From an uncultured virus (IMG/VR IMGVR_UViG_3300035696_000032) (lineage: Duplodnaviria > Heunggongvirae > Uroviricota > Caudoviricetes): a stretch of 64,000 nt of DNA. The stretch lies in the IMG/VR virus record IMGVR_UViG_3300035696_000032; one strand, given 5' to 3'. Positions 37,189 to 46,695 of the stretch are shown piece by piece (position 1 is the stretch's first letter; every line of letters begins with the position of its first letter). Made by a program: the position numbers and the translations under genes. The notes beneath the pieces were generated by a model. That model was not told the origin of the DNA, ran no database searches, and worked only from the letters and a program-made list of their open reading frames with translations.

Positions 37189-38448
37189 TCAGGCTCGCAC
37201 CTCCACGTCAGGCTTGCGCCCCCGACCCATCAGGTAGTTTCGGACGGCCAGGGGCACGTACTGCCACTTGACGTCGAAGCCCCAGTGCATCATGCTCCCA
37301 GCGAGGTCCTTCGTCTCGGTCCACTCGGCGGGCCAGGGCTCGCCGGGTCGGCGGACCTGGTAACGGCAGGGCTTGAACTCGGGGCCCTTGCCCTCGGCCC
37401 GCACGTCGACCCGGGTGTCCGTCTCGTCCCAGTCGAAGACGGCGTAGCCGCGGCGCGTCGACTTGGTCTCGGTCAGGGCTTGGTCGGCGCAACAGACGTC
37501 ACACATTCAGACCAACCCCTTGGCCTGGGTCAGGCCGTCGAACGCCTGCCGGAGTCGGGCCATCTTGGCCTTGAAGTCCGCGTCCCACTCGGCTGCCTCC
37601 CAGTACAGGTAGGAAGACAGAATCGAGCGGACGTCCTTGGCCGCCTCCTCAAGCGCCATCGCCTTCTTGTCGACGTCCGCGGGGTCGAAGGGACACTGCT
37701 TGGTCCTGGCGTCCCGTCGGGCGTTCTCTTCCTTCTCTTCGCGCTCTTGCTGCTCGGCCTGAGTCTTGGCCTCGTGTTCGTCCCACCCGCACTTGGCCTG
37801 GTCCCGACAGACTCGGCCGACCGACGTCACTCGGCAGGGCTTCCCGCAGATGGGGCAGCCGTTGGGGTCGAGGGTGTGCCAGTCCTTGGCGTCAAAGTGG
37901 AATCGCTTGCGCTTCTCGATGGCAAAGTGATACCCGCAGGCAACGAGCTTCTTGCCTTGGTGGAAGATGTCGTCCCGAACCCAGAGAGGCTTGAACGTGC
38001 ACTTCTCGGACTGACCCCAGTGGCTCCGTCGGGGTTTGTCGAAGTCGCACGACGCGGGAATCTGCTCGGCGAGCCCCATCTACGCCACCACCTTGAGCAA
38101 GTCGACGGGGAAGGCCAGGACGTTGAGCCCGTCGGTGAACTCGCGCCGAGCCTCGACGTCGGCCTTGGCCTTGTCGGCCTTAACCTTGGTCGAAAAGACG
38201 CCCAGGACCTCGGTCGCCTCGTCGCATCGTTCGGTCAGAACCCAGGCGAGGGGGCCGCCGTCGGCCGCCGCGACAGACTCGCACTCGTGACAGACGGGCC
38301 GAGCCGGGGTCCGAACTCCCTTGTCAACCATGACGTAGACGTCGGCCGACCCACAGTCGGCACACTTGGCGAAGGTCACGTATCTCTCGGGCAGGGCGCC
38401 TCGGGCCATCTAGGCCACCCCCGCCTCGCCCGTCTCTCTCGCTTGCAT
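37189..38448 (-). other. Small Zn-finger-rich ORFs (37189-37506, 37507-38079, 38080-38409) plus a 12-codon ORF at 38410-38448
   Basis: Abutting junctions; CxxC pairs. Confidence 0.65.
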
Positions 38449-38505
38449 CTTTCTCTCCTGCGCCCTCACGGGCAAGTAAGATATGTCTCGGGAGATATAT
38501 AAATA
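38449..38505 (-). promoter_or_regulatory. Class E TATA promoter with hairpin/SD leader (paralogue of 37125-37182)
   Basis: TATTTATATAT; GCCC-GTGA-GGGC; AGGAGAG. Confidence 0.75.
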
Positions 38506-38512
38506 TACTCAC

Positions 38513-38740
38513 GAGGGGGCCCGCGCGCCTAGGCCGAGGGGGGCCTAGGCCCGCCCGGGGGCCCTCCCCCTTACCCCCTTCTAGAAGGGCGCGAGCCGTC
38601 CGACCCGCCTCCCTCGGCCGACACGGGGCCCTCGCTCGACCCGCCCCCGTCGACCCGCCCTGGGCCCAGGGCCCTCACGCCCGAGCTTGCGAGCTTGGAG
38701 CTTGCAGCTCCGAGATGAGACGACCCTGGGCCAGGGTCGG
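38513..38740. repeat. Non-coding cluster of palindromes and short direct repeats
   Basis: GCCTAGGC x2, CCCTTCTAGAAGGG, GCCCTGGGCCCAGGGC, CGACCCGCC x3, GAGCTTG x3. Confidence 0.75.
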
Positions 38741-38742
38741 CC

Positions 38743-39411
38743 TCACCAACCCTTCTCGGCCAACTCTTCGGCGATTTGGCGAGGCGTCCTCTCGGCGTAT
38801 CTTCGGAGGGTGCTCTCGGTCGTCGCCATGATTCGGGTGATGTCGGCCAGGGGGAAGCCGAACTCATCGTGCAGGAGCCTCATGCAGGTGTGACGGAATC
38901 TCTTCGGGTTCAGGTGAAGCCTCAACCCATGTCGGTCGAGGACGTCCTGCTCCAGGGCTCGTAGCATCTGATGGTAGCGGGCACGAGTGTGGGGCTTCTT
39001 CTGGTCCAGGAACTCGGGCAGCCACGGCCACAGGTTCTTTGAGATGGGCACATGGGTCACGTTGTCCCGTTTCTTCTTGACACGTCGGAAGACCAGGAGC
39101 CGGATGACCTTCCCGTCCTTGGTCGTCTCGATGATGTCCTCCGAGGTGAGCGACGGAATCCGGTGAGCCTTGACGGTCGCTATCCGGGTCCCGTCCTTCC
39201 AGCGTCCCCGTTCCTGGGCGCGGCGCCCGCACAGGTTGGAGATGTGAATCCCAGTGTAGAGGAGGACGCGCAGCAACCGACCCATGAACTCGGGGTCGTC
39301 TCCTCGGCCGACGAGCCAGGCGGTCGTCCGGTCGGCGGAGTCCAGGATGGCCGCGACTTCCTCGTCAGAGAATCCTTCGCTGGCATCGCCGTGGGGAATC
39401 GCACCTGACAC
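38743..39411 (-). CDS. Tyrosine recombinase-like protein, catalytic domain only, degenerate active site; start uncertain
   Basis: FSDEEVAAIL, LLYTGIHISNL, NPKRFRHT, IMATTESTLRRY. Confidence 0.75.
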   Translation of the reverse strand: MSGAIPHGDASEGFSDEEVAAILDSADRTTAWLVGRGDDPEFMGRLLRVLLYTGIHISNLCGRRAQERGRWKDGTRIATVKAHRIPSLTSEDIIETTKDGKVIRLLVFRRVKKKRDNVTHVPISKNLWPWLPEFLDQKKPHTRARYHQMLRALEQDVLDRHGLRLHLNPKRFRHTCMRLLHDEFGFPLADITRIMATTESTLRRYAERTPRQIAEELAEKGW

Positions 39412-39736
39412 AAATGACCTCGGAGGCTTGACTACCTGAAGGATAGTCAAATCATAAACGTGACGACGTCGCGGACCCTGCCCGGGCGGGGCGGATTCCG
39501 GGCCCAAACCATTATTTATATTGCATATGCGTGCACATATGTGCGGAGGTGAAGCGGACCGTGGGGGTGTGGGGGCGGGTGCGCGGGCGCGCGAGCGTGA
39601 GCGTGAGAGCCTGCGCGGAAACATCTGCACGGTTTGCCCTCCGACGATTCGACCGCACTGGGAAGGAACGCACTACTCGATGCGGCTCGTCAAGTTCGTA
39701 CGGGAGGGGAAGGAAGATGGCGAAGGGAAGTGAGTT

Positions 39737-42700
39737 GTGAGGGACGACGTGAAGAGTCTGCTCGTCCGCGCCGAGGCCGCACTGATGGTCGAGCACCGCG
39801 ACGCGCACCCGGTCCACGGAGACAACCTCGGGATTTTCATCGAGGGTCCGTGGAAGGGTCACGTCGCACCGCAGCCGAAGGAGTGTCGCATCTGCGCGCT
39901 GGACATGGAACTGATGGACGCCATCCACCCGGGCTGGAGGAATCCGTGACCGAGCGCGAGAAGGACGAGCGCCCGCGCTGCAAGTGCGGGATTCGGTTCG
40001 ACCCGTACGCGGACGTCGGGACGGCGCGCAACCACCCGGACAAGCCGCCGCTCAGTTCCTTCGGCGAGAACAAGACGCACTGGTACGACAAGAAGTGCGG
40101 TCGGTGCGGAGGCCCGGTCGAGTTCATGACCGAGCGCGAGCGCGCGTCATCCTCCGGCTACGATACATGGTACGAGTGCCCGAAGGACCACTGGGTGAGC
40201 GCATGACTCCGCGGACGATTGAGAACCCCCGGCTCAGGACGCTGCTGACCGAACGGGATAGGCTAGACCGCGAGATTGGCAGCATCAAGGCCGCCTGTAA
40301 GGTCCACGCGGTGAAGCGGAGCGGCGACTCTGCTTATTGCTCCAACTGCGGGGACGACCTGGGCTGGTGGTGCCCCAAATCGCCCGACCACCTTTGCCGC
40401 TATCTCCCGGGGCGTGAGGACTGCTCGCTCTGCGGCGAGCCTACGGAGCGGAAATGAACGAGGAGCAAGAGAAGGCGCACGACCTGCTGGCCCGGGCGGG
40501 CCTCTTCTACGACAACGGAAAGCCGGACGAGGCCGACCCGGACGAGACCGAGGAAGAGCGGAAGAAGAACCGGCAGACGCTCAACCAGAACGACGTGTGG
40601 TGCTGGGGGAGCGCATGGGGCGAGTACGTTCCCGACGAGAAGCTCCCCGAGTTGGCCGCACTGTTCCGCCAGTACGGATGGGCGGGCGTGCTCTACTACG
40701 TCAGCCACGCGAACGACGACATGCAGTCGGAGTTCGAAGACAACCAACGGTTCATCGACTTCGTCCGCAACGAGCAGCGGATTCGAGCGGAGGTCCCGGA
40801 CTACGACGAGCGGGCGTACAAGCAACGGTCGTACATGCTCGGGGTGCCCAGGTGCAAGAGGTGCTGGAAGCCCTTCGCGGACGGCGACAGGTACGACTTC
40901 AGGCCGTACAGCAAGCAGCCCGAGGTGGTCTGGAAGGTCTGCACCGAGTGCCACCTGAAGGCGGAGGAGAACCGTGATTGACCTCAAGCCCTCCGAGCGC
41001 CGCGAGTTCGAGGCGCTGCGCCGGGACTGGGTGAAGGGTTACGACTGCGGGGGGCGGCCCGACTGCCCGCTGATGAAGCGCATGGGCGACCTCAACCGCC
41101 GCGTCCACGAGCGCGTCGAGCGCGAGCACTGGCAGCGGGTCGGCGCCATCATGCAGTTCTTCAGCATGAAGGGGGACGAGCGGTGATGGGCTTCCCACTT
41201 CCGAAAGGGCAGACGCGCTGCCCTGGCTGCGGTGGGCCGACCGAGCGAATCGCGCAGACCAACTTCTACCGCTGCCTCAACCACCACGCGATGAAGCTCG
41301 AAGACATCAAGAAGCTCCCCGAGAAGTGGGACTCCGAAGCGGCCCAGTACCCGGGCACCTACCTCGGCGCGCACGCCGCGGCAGCGGTCCGGCTTTGTGC
41401 GAAGGAACTGCGCGAAGCGTTGGGGGTGAAGTGATGCCCGAGACGGTGCAGCGACTGGGGTACATGGACAAGCCGAAGGAGGTCCCGCTGATGCTGCGGG
41501 AACAGGTCGCGTCGGGCGAAATCGACGGCGTCTCGTACACCGTCGCCATGTCGATTCCCCCGGGGCGGACCTGGGTCGAGTTCGAGGTGGGCAAACGCAG
41601 GCTCGTGGTCGAGGCACGCCACGACCTGGCCGACCTGCTTCAGGAAGCCTACGAGCTGGTCCGGACCGAGGTGAAGGAGGGGAAGTGACCGACTGGCTAT
41701 CGCTCCTTCCGTACATCCTGGGCCTCGTGGTCGCGTTCCTCGTTGGCTTCAACCTCGCCATGTGGTGGTCCAACCGAGTGCTGCGCCGCGCGCTCGCCCA
41801 TGCCCGCGGGGAGGACCTGGTATGAGCCACTTCTACTGCGCCGGCCACGTCTCGTACGCGGTCCGGTACCTCGCCACGCCCGAGCGGCCGTACGTCGAGG
41901 TGCGGTGGCTTCCGCCCGGGCACCCCGAACGCCGTTACGGATGCGACTACCCGAACCAGGGACGCGGCAAGCCCTGCCCGCGTCGCGCGCGTTACCGCGC
42001 GCATGTGAACTGATGACCGACACACCGGAGACTGAAATCGAGCGCCGCGGCGAACTCATACGTCGGTTCCACGCCATCGTGGACTGGGACGTCCGCTCGT
42101 GCGAGAGCCAACAGGCGAAGGGCTCTCCCTGCCCGGACCCGGACACGCATGAGGTCATGGCCGAGCTTCGGGACGAGGCGGCTCCCATCGCGGCGGAGGC
42201 GGAGGCCAAGTTCCGGGGCGGACTGGTCGACGTCGACCACCCGGACCCGATGAAGGAGACGTTCCCCCTGTCGGACCTGCGGAAGCACGAACTGCACCGC
42301 GTCATCGAGCGGACGAAGACGCCCGAGGAGCAGAAGGTCTTCGAGGACGCGCTGAAGGCCCTGGACGACCTGCCCAAGACCGGCGAGGGACCGCCGTGCC
42401 CGGTCTGCGGCTACGACCCCTCCAAGTTCGAGTACTTCGACGAGATGCGCCACGGGCTCGGCTATCACGTCGAGCACGCACACCGAAGGATACAGGAGAA
42501 ATGAAATGGTGAAAGTGGTCCTGAGACCGAGGGAACCGAGCGCGACCGTAGCCGACGAGGGGTCCTACTGCGACGCGCCCTGCGGGTGCCGGGCCGGGGC
42601 GAGGAGCAGTCCCGCCACGGGCCAACCGCGGGCCGAGTTCTGGTTCGATTCGTCGAAGTGCAGATACTTTAACTTCCCCGGTCCGAGGGAGATGGACATG

Positions 42701-42982
42701 ATGCCCCCAGGCATGGCCGAGCCTCCCCGCGGTCCGCTGGAGAGGCTCTTCGGAGAGCCCGGGCCCGACGTCGGCCAGGGCTCACTGAAGATGGGCATCT
42801 ACCTGAAGCAGGAGGTCGCCGACAGGGTCCGGCAGGAGGCCGCGGCCCTGGGCCAGCCGGTGGGCGTCGTCATCCGCAAAGCGGTCGAGCGGGCGTTCCC
42901 GGGCGTCGCCGTGGAGCCACCCGTCCTCGAAGAGGGCCGCGGCGAGCACATCGGCCGGCGGAAGTACCGCAAGAAGCGATGA
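39737..42982 (+). other. Operon of small hypothetical ORFs (39737-39949, 39946-40206, 40203-40457, 40454-40981, 40974-41186, 41183-41434, 41434-41688, 41685-41825, 41822-42013, 42013-42504, 42506-42982)
   Basis: ATGA/GTGA overlaps; many CxxC motifs; last ORF has an RHH-like segment. Confidence 0.7.
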
Positions 42983-43305
42983 GAGGCGCCGGCGGGATTC
43001 AGCGGACAGTGATGCTTCCGCTGCCCTACTGGCAGACCTTGCAGTACTTCCAGGGGCAACTCAACCTGTCCGAGTTCATCCGGCGAGCATGGTACGAGGA
43101 CCGCCACTCGATGCGGCGCGACTGGCCGACCGGGATGACCTCGGCGAACGTCCCGCTCAAGCGGACGACGGTGTCGCTCGACCGCGGGACCGCCGACGAC
43201 ATGGATGCGGTCCGGAACGCGATGCCGGGGTTCAACTTCTCGCGGTGGGTCGCGCGGGCGCTCACCGAGAGGATGCGCGAGCAGTTCCCGAACCTCGGCT
43301 ACTAG
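42979..43305 (+). CDS. Tandem ribbon-helix-helix-like DNA-binding protein
   Basis: NLSEFIRRA...TTVSLD...FNFSRWVARAL; paralogue of 62367-62738. Confidence 0.7.
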   Translation: MRGAGGIQRTVMLPLPYWQTLQYFQGQLNLSEFIRRAWYEDRHSMRRDWPTGMTSANVPLKRTTVSLDRGTADDMDAVRNAMPGFNFSRWVARALTERMREQFPNLGY

Positions 43306-43320
43306 TATCCTCTTGGGATA

Positions 43321-43599
43321 CTACTCCACCATCGCGCGGAGCCACATCGCGCGACGCTTCCGCCACCCCTTCATCTTCGCGTACTCGGCGGCGGTGCAGC
43401 ACCACCGGCCGTGCGCGCCGTTGGACTTGCGGTAGTGACCGACCGGCGTGGTCGTCCACCGCAGCACCGCGAATCCCACAACCTGGCGGCGGTACGGGTT
43501 GAAGTCGGCCGGCATCGTACGGTAGAGGTACGGCCATAGCTGCACGCAGTACCGGTGCCGCGCGATGCGCTGCGCCTGGCGGAGGCGACGCCCGAACAT
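43321..43599 (-). CDS. Basic hypothetical protein
   Basis: ATG abutting an upstream TAG; Arg-rich. Confidence 0.5.
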   Translation of the reverse strand: MFGRRLRQAQRIARHRYCVQLWPYLYRTMPADFNPYRRQVVGFAVLRWTTTPVGHYRKSNGAHGRWCCTAAEYAKMKGWRKRRAMWLRAMVE

Positions 43600-43831
43600 C
43601 TACGGGCGCACCTCCCGACCCTTGTGGTTACGCCGGCAGGGGGCCTTGGGGTTCGGGTGGCCCTTCGGGTTCCGGTACTTCACGTACCGGTTCAGTCGGG
43701 AACAGAACGTCTTGTAGTGCCTTCGCGCGCCGCTCGTTTGTCCTCACCTACGGGTTATCGTTTCGATAACCGCGTAGGTTCGCGGGCTTGCGCCATGCAG
43801 CGACTCTATTCGACTCCTGGGATATAGAGCT

Positions 43832-43948
43832 TCAGGGGTAGAGGTAGGCGACCGCAATCAGCAGCACGCCCGCGATGCCGAGCGCGAAGAGGACGTAGCG
43901 GTCGCGCCGGCGCGTCGCCGGGTTGGGGACCATCCATCGGCTGGTCAT
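43832..43948 (-). CDS. Small NP-basic-TM peptide (38 aa)
   Basis: VPNPATRRRDR followed by a TM helix; ATGA coupling. Confidence 0.6.
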   Translation of the reverse strand: MTSRWMVPNPATRRRDRYVLFALGIAGVLLIAVAYLYP

Positions 43949-44223
43949 AGCATGACGAAGAGGAGGCCGATGAGGATTCCAATCACGTAGAACGTGAAGT
44001 CCTGGACGCCCTCGGGCCAGAACGGTTGGTCCTGTTCGTGGACCGGGTCCCAGAACGCTTCCTTGACGAGCACGACGATGAGCAGGGCCGCGATGGCGGC
44101 CACGAACCACGTCATCCCGTACGGGTGAAAGACACGGTAGTAGACCGCGACCAGGAAGCCGAACCCGATGGCGCCGTGGACCTCCTGCGCGAGGAGTTCG
44201 GGGTCCAGCGGGTTCCACTTCAT
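43945..44223 (-). CDS. Three-TM membrane protein
   Basis: Hydrophobic helices; KEAFWD. Confidence 0.7.
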   Translation of the reverse strand: MKWNPLDPELLAQEVHGAIGFGFLVAVYYRVFHPYGMTWFVAAIAALLIVVLVKEAFWDPVHEQDQPFWPEGVQDFTFYVIGILIGLLFVML

Positions 44224-44828
44224 CACTTCGACACCGTCAGGTCGATGGGGTAGGTCCCGGGCCAGTACGGAACGCCCAGCAGGACGTCGACCGTGATGGT
44301 CTCAGGCGTGGAGCAGTCGCGGTCGGAGAGCAGGACCCAGGGCGCGTTGACCGTGATGTCGTACTGCGGGCAGCACTTGGTCACGTTGACAGTCACGAGG
44401 ACCCAGGTCACCGTCCCGACCGGGAGCGAGTAGTTCTCGGGAATCGGCACGGTCGCGTTGACGCCGAGCGTGGCGTTCGTGTAGTTCACGAAGATGCCCG
44501 TCACGTTGACCACCGGGATGAGTTCGATGATGGTCGTGTTGACGTAGACCGTGCTGTTGCGGTAGACCGTGTTGGTCGTGTTGTCCCAGTGCGTCGTGTT
44601 GACCCAGACCGTGGTGTTGTGCCAAATCGGCGTCGTCGTGTTGACCGTCGTGTTGCGATAGACGGTCGAGTTGTGCTGGATGGTCTGATTGTCCCAAACC
44701 GTGTTCACGGTGTTCGTCTGGTGTGTGCCCGGGTTCGCGTAAGCATACGTTCCGATGCCCCCGAGAATCAGGGCGGCAATCACACCTGCGGCGAGAGCGT
44801 AATCCTTGAAGCGACTGAGAGACGCCAT
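44223..44828 (-). CDS. Signal-anchored putative glycoprotein
   Basis: N-terminal TM helix; 15 N-x-T/S sequons in 201 aa. Confidence 0.8.
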   Translation of the reverse strand: MASLSRFKDYALAAGVIAALILGGIGTYAYANPGTHQTNTVNTVWDNQTIQHNSTVYRNTTVNTTTPIWHNTTVWVNTTHWDNTTNTVYRNSTVYVNTTIIELIPVVNVTGIFVNYTNATLGVNATVPIPENYSLPVGTVTWVLVTVNVTKCCPQYDITVNAPWVLLSDRDCSTPETITVDVLLGVPYWPGTYPIDLTVSK

Positions 44829-45007
44829 CGGCCGGCGCTACCCACCTCTCGCTATAAGAGCGTGGGGGCGGGCACAGCTTCGGAGGAGCCGCCCCGCGGA
44901 GCCCATCCTCCTCTCGGTCCGCTCGACTCGGCTTGGAGCTACTAGTCGAACCTACCTTTGTTGCCTTGCGGACCGCGGCCGTGCCTACTCGACCATCGGC
45001 CCGGTGA

Positions 45008-45018
45008 TATTTATATAT
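45008..45018 (+). promoter_or_regulatory. Class E TATA box of the aRF1 gene
   Basis: TATTTATATAT; GGAGG before ATG 45055. Confidence 0.75.
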
Positions 45019-45054
45019 TGCGAGGGCCATCCTGAATCGGGAGGCACAGGAACG

Positions 45055-46182
45055 ATGAGTTCAGAGCCGAATCGGCAGGGCTCCGCCAAAGGGCCCGGGA
45101 TGCCTCCCGACGCCACGGACGCCCGCGGTCGCATCTGACTCCGCCGCCTCCTCCACGACCTTGAGTCGGAGGAGGGACGGGCGACCGAACTGGTCTCGCT
45201 TGTCCTGCCGCCCACGCGCAACATCCTCGACGCGCAGAAGCGTATCGCCGACGAACTGACCCAGGCGGCGAACATCAAGAGCCGCACCACGCGGATGGGC
45301 GTCCTTGACTCCCTCCAGAAGGTCCTCTCGACCCTGCGTCAGTACCGCTTTACTCCCTCGAACGGCCTCGCCGTCTACGCGAGCCCCGAATCGGTCCGTG
45401 TCGTGGAGCCGTCCGAGCCATTCCTTCGGGAGGTCTACTTCTGCGGTCCGAAGTTCATGCTCGACCCGCTGCGCGAGCAGTTGGAGGATAAGGCACAGTA
45501 CGCTCTCATCGTCCTCGACCGGAAGGAGGTCACGCTCGGGCTCCTCCGCGGCTCGCGGGTCATCGAGTTGGACTCGAAGGAGAGCCACGTCCCGCCGAAG
45601 CACGACGCGGGAGGCCAGTCCCAGCACCGGTGGGAACGGCAGACGGAGCAGGCGGCGCACGAGTTCTTCGTGAAAATCGGGGACATGGCGAACCGCTCGT
45701 TCCTCGACCAGGTCGACAGGCTGGACGGGGTGCTCATCGGCGGACCCGGGGACACAAAGCGTCAGTGGGCGGAAGGTGAGTTTATGGACTACCGCCTGGT
45801 CCGGAAGGTTCTCCGCCCGCTCGTGGACGTCAGCTACACCAACGAGTTCGGGCTCCAGGAGTTGGTCCGCTCCGCGGGAGACCTTCTCGCACATTTGTCA
45901 CTACAAAAGGACCAAATCGTAGTGACGAAGTTCGCAGATGCGGTGCGCCAGGGGCTGGCCGAGTACGGCCATGCTGAGGTGCTGCGGGCCCTCGAAGAGC
46001 GGCGCGCGAGCGCGCTCGTCCTCTACGAAGGCGTCGACTCCCGATTCCACGACGTGGTGGATGTCGCCGTGGGCCAGGGCGTGCCGGTGCACCTCCTCGC
46101 TGAGGAGGGCGCGTCGGGCGCGGAGTTCCTGAAGGGCTTCGGGGGCCTCGGCGTTATCCTTCGCTATCGGCCAACCGCTTGA
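45055..46182 (+). CDS. prf1: Peptide chain release factor aRF1/eRF1 with in-frame TGA at 45136-45138
   Basis: GRATELVSL, NIKS, YFCGPKF (YxCxxxF), GGQS, FGGLGVILRY; NIKS lies upstream of the ORF-track start at 45295. Confidence 0.9.
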
Positions 46183-46360
46183 GGACTTCCTCGACCTTGT
46201 CCAGGGCCTCCAGGATTTTCGCCCGGTCGATGTCCTCGGGGTGGTTACGGATGTAGCGCGCGATGTTCCGCAGCAGGTGGATGACCCGCAGCAGGATTTG
46301 CCGGTCGGACTCCGGCCCGGCTTCCAGCGTCACGGTCACGACGTTGGACGCGACGGCCAT
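46154..46360 (-). CDS. Small protein: SNVVTVT strand plus helical tail
   Basis: MAVASNVVTVTLE. Confidence 0.65.
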   Translation of the reverse strand: MAVASNVVTVTLEAGPESDRQILLRVIHLLRNIARYIRNHPEDIDRAKILEALDKVEEVLKRLADSEG

Positions 46361-46369
46361 CGGCCGAGC

Positions 46370-46657
46370 CTAGTTCGTGACCTGATAGGCAATCGAAATC
46401 GCCGTGGTCGTGGTGTTGGCCGCGACTGTTTCCGTGAAAGCCGCCGCTCCGCCAGTCGAAGTGGTGCTGTCAATCTGAGCGCCGTTCGCCAGTAGGTTGA
46501 GGGTCGTCCCATCGGGGAGGTTGGTCGTCACTAGGATGGTGACGGCACCGCCCGTGTACGGGAGCGTGAGCGGGGTCGCGGTGATGGCGATGGTGAACGG
46601 GGCCGCTGCTTCTGTCACCGTCACGACGTTGCTGAGGACTGAGCCAGGGGCTGCCAT
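46370..46657 (-). CDS. Small Ig-like module protein
   Basis: SNVVTVT...TTNLPDGTTLNL...VTN; resembles the C-terminus of 46692-47831. Confidence 0.75.
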   Translation of the reverse strand: MAAPGSVLSNVVTVTEAAAPFTIAITATPLTLPYTGGAVTILVTTNLPDGTTLNLLANGAQIDSTTSTGGAAAFTETVAANTTTTAISIAYQVTN

Positions 46658-46667
46658 ACGCCCCTCC

Positions 46668-46695
46668 CACCCGGTCTCCGGGATTTAAGCCCTAG
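46668..46695 (-). promoter_or_regulatory. Class L promoter motif
   Basis: AGGGCTTAAATC-N7-CCGGGTG. Confidence 0.7.

Noticed and set aside
38743..39411. Active integrase with an att site in a tRNA gene
   Set aside because: Catalytic residues are altered, and no duplicated tRNA 3' end or host-virus junction is visible.
34503..43600. Six in-frame TAG-ATG junctions (34503, 36377, 36740, 38079, 38409, 43599) suggesting amber recoding
   Set aside because: Most downstream ATGs have their own SD-like sequence, TAG ends many genes normally, and no CUA-anticodon tRNA was found. Translational coupling is sufficient.
43747..43778. Hairpin CCTACGGGTTATCG-TTT-CGATAACCGCGTAGG
   Set aside because: A real inverted repeat, but single-copy with no U-tract or other context from which to assign a function.
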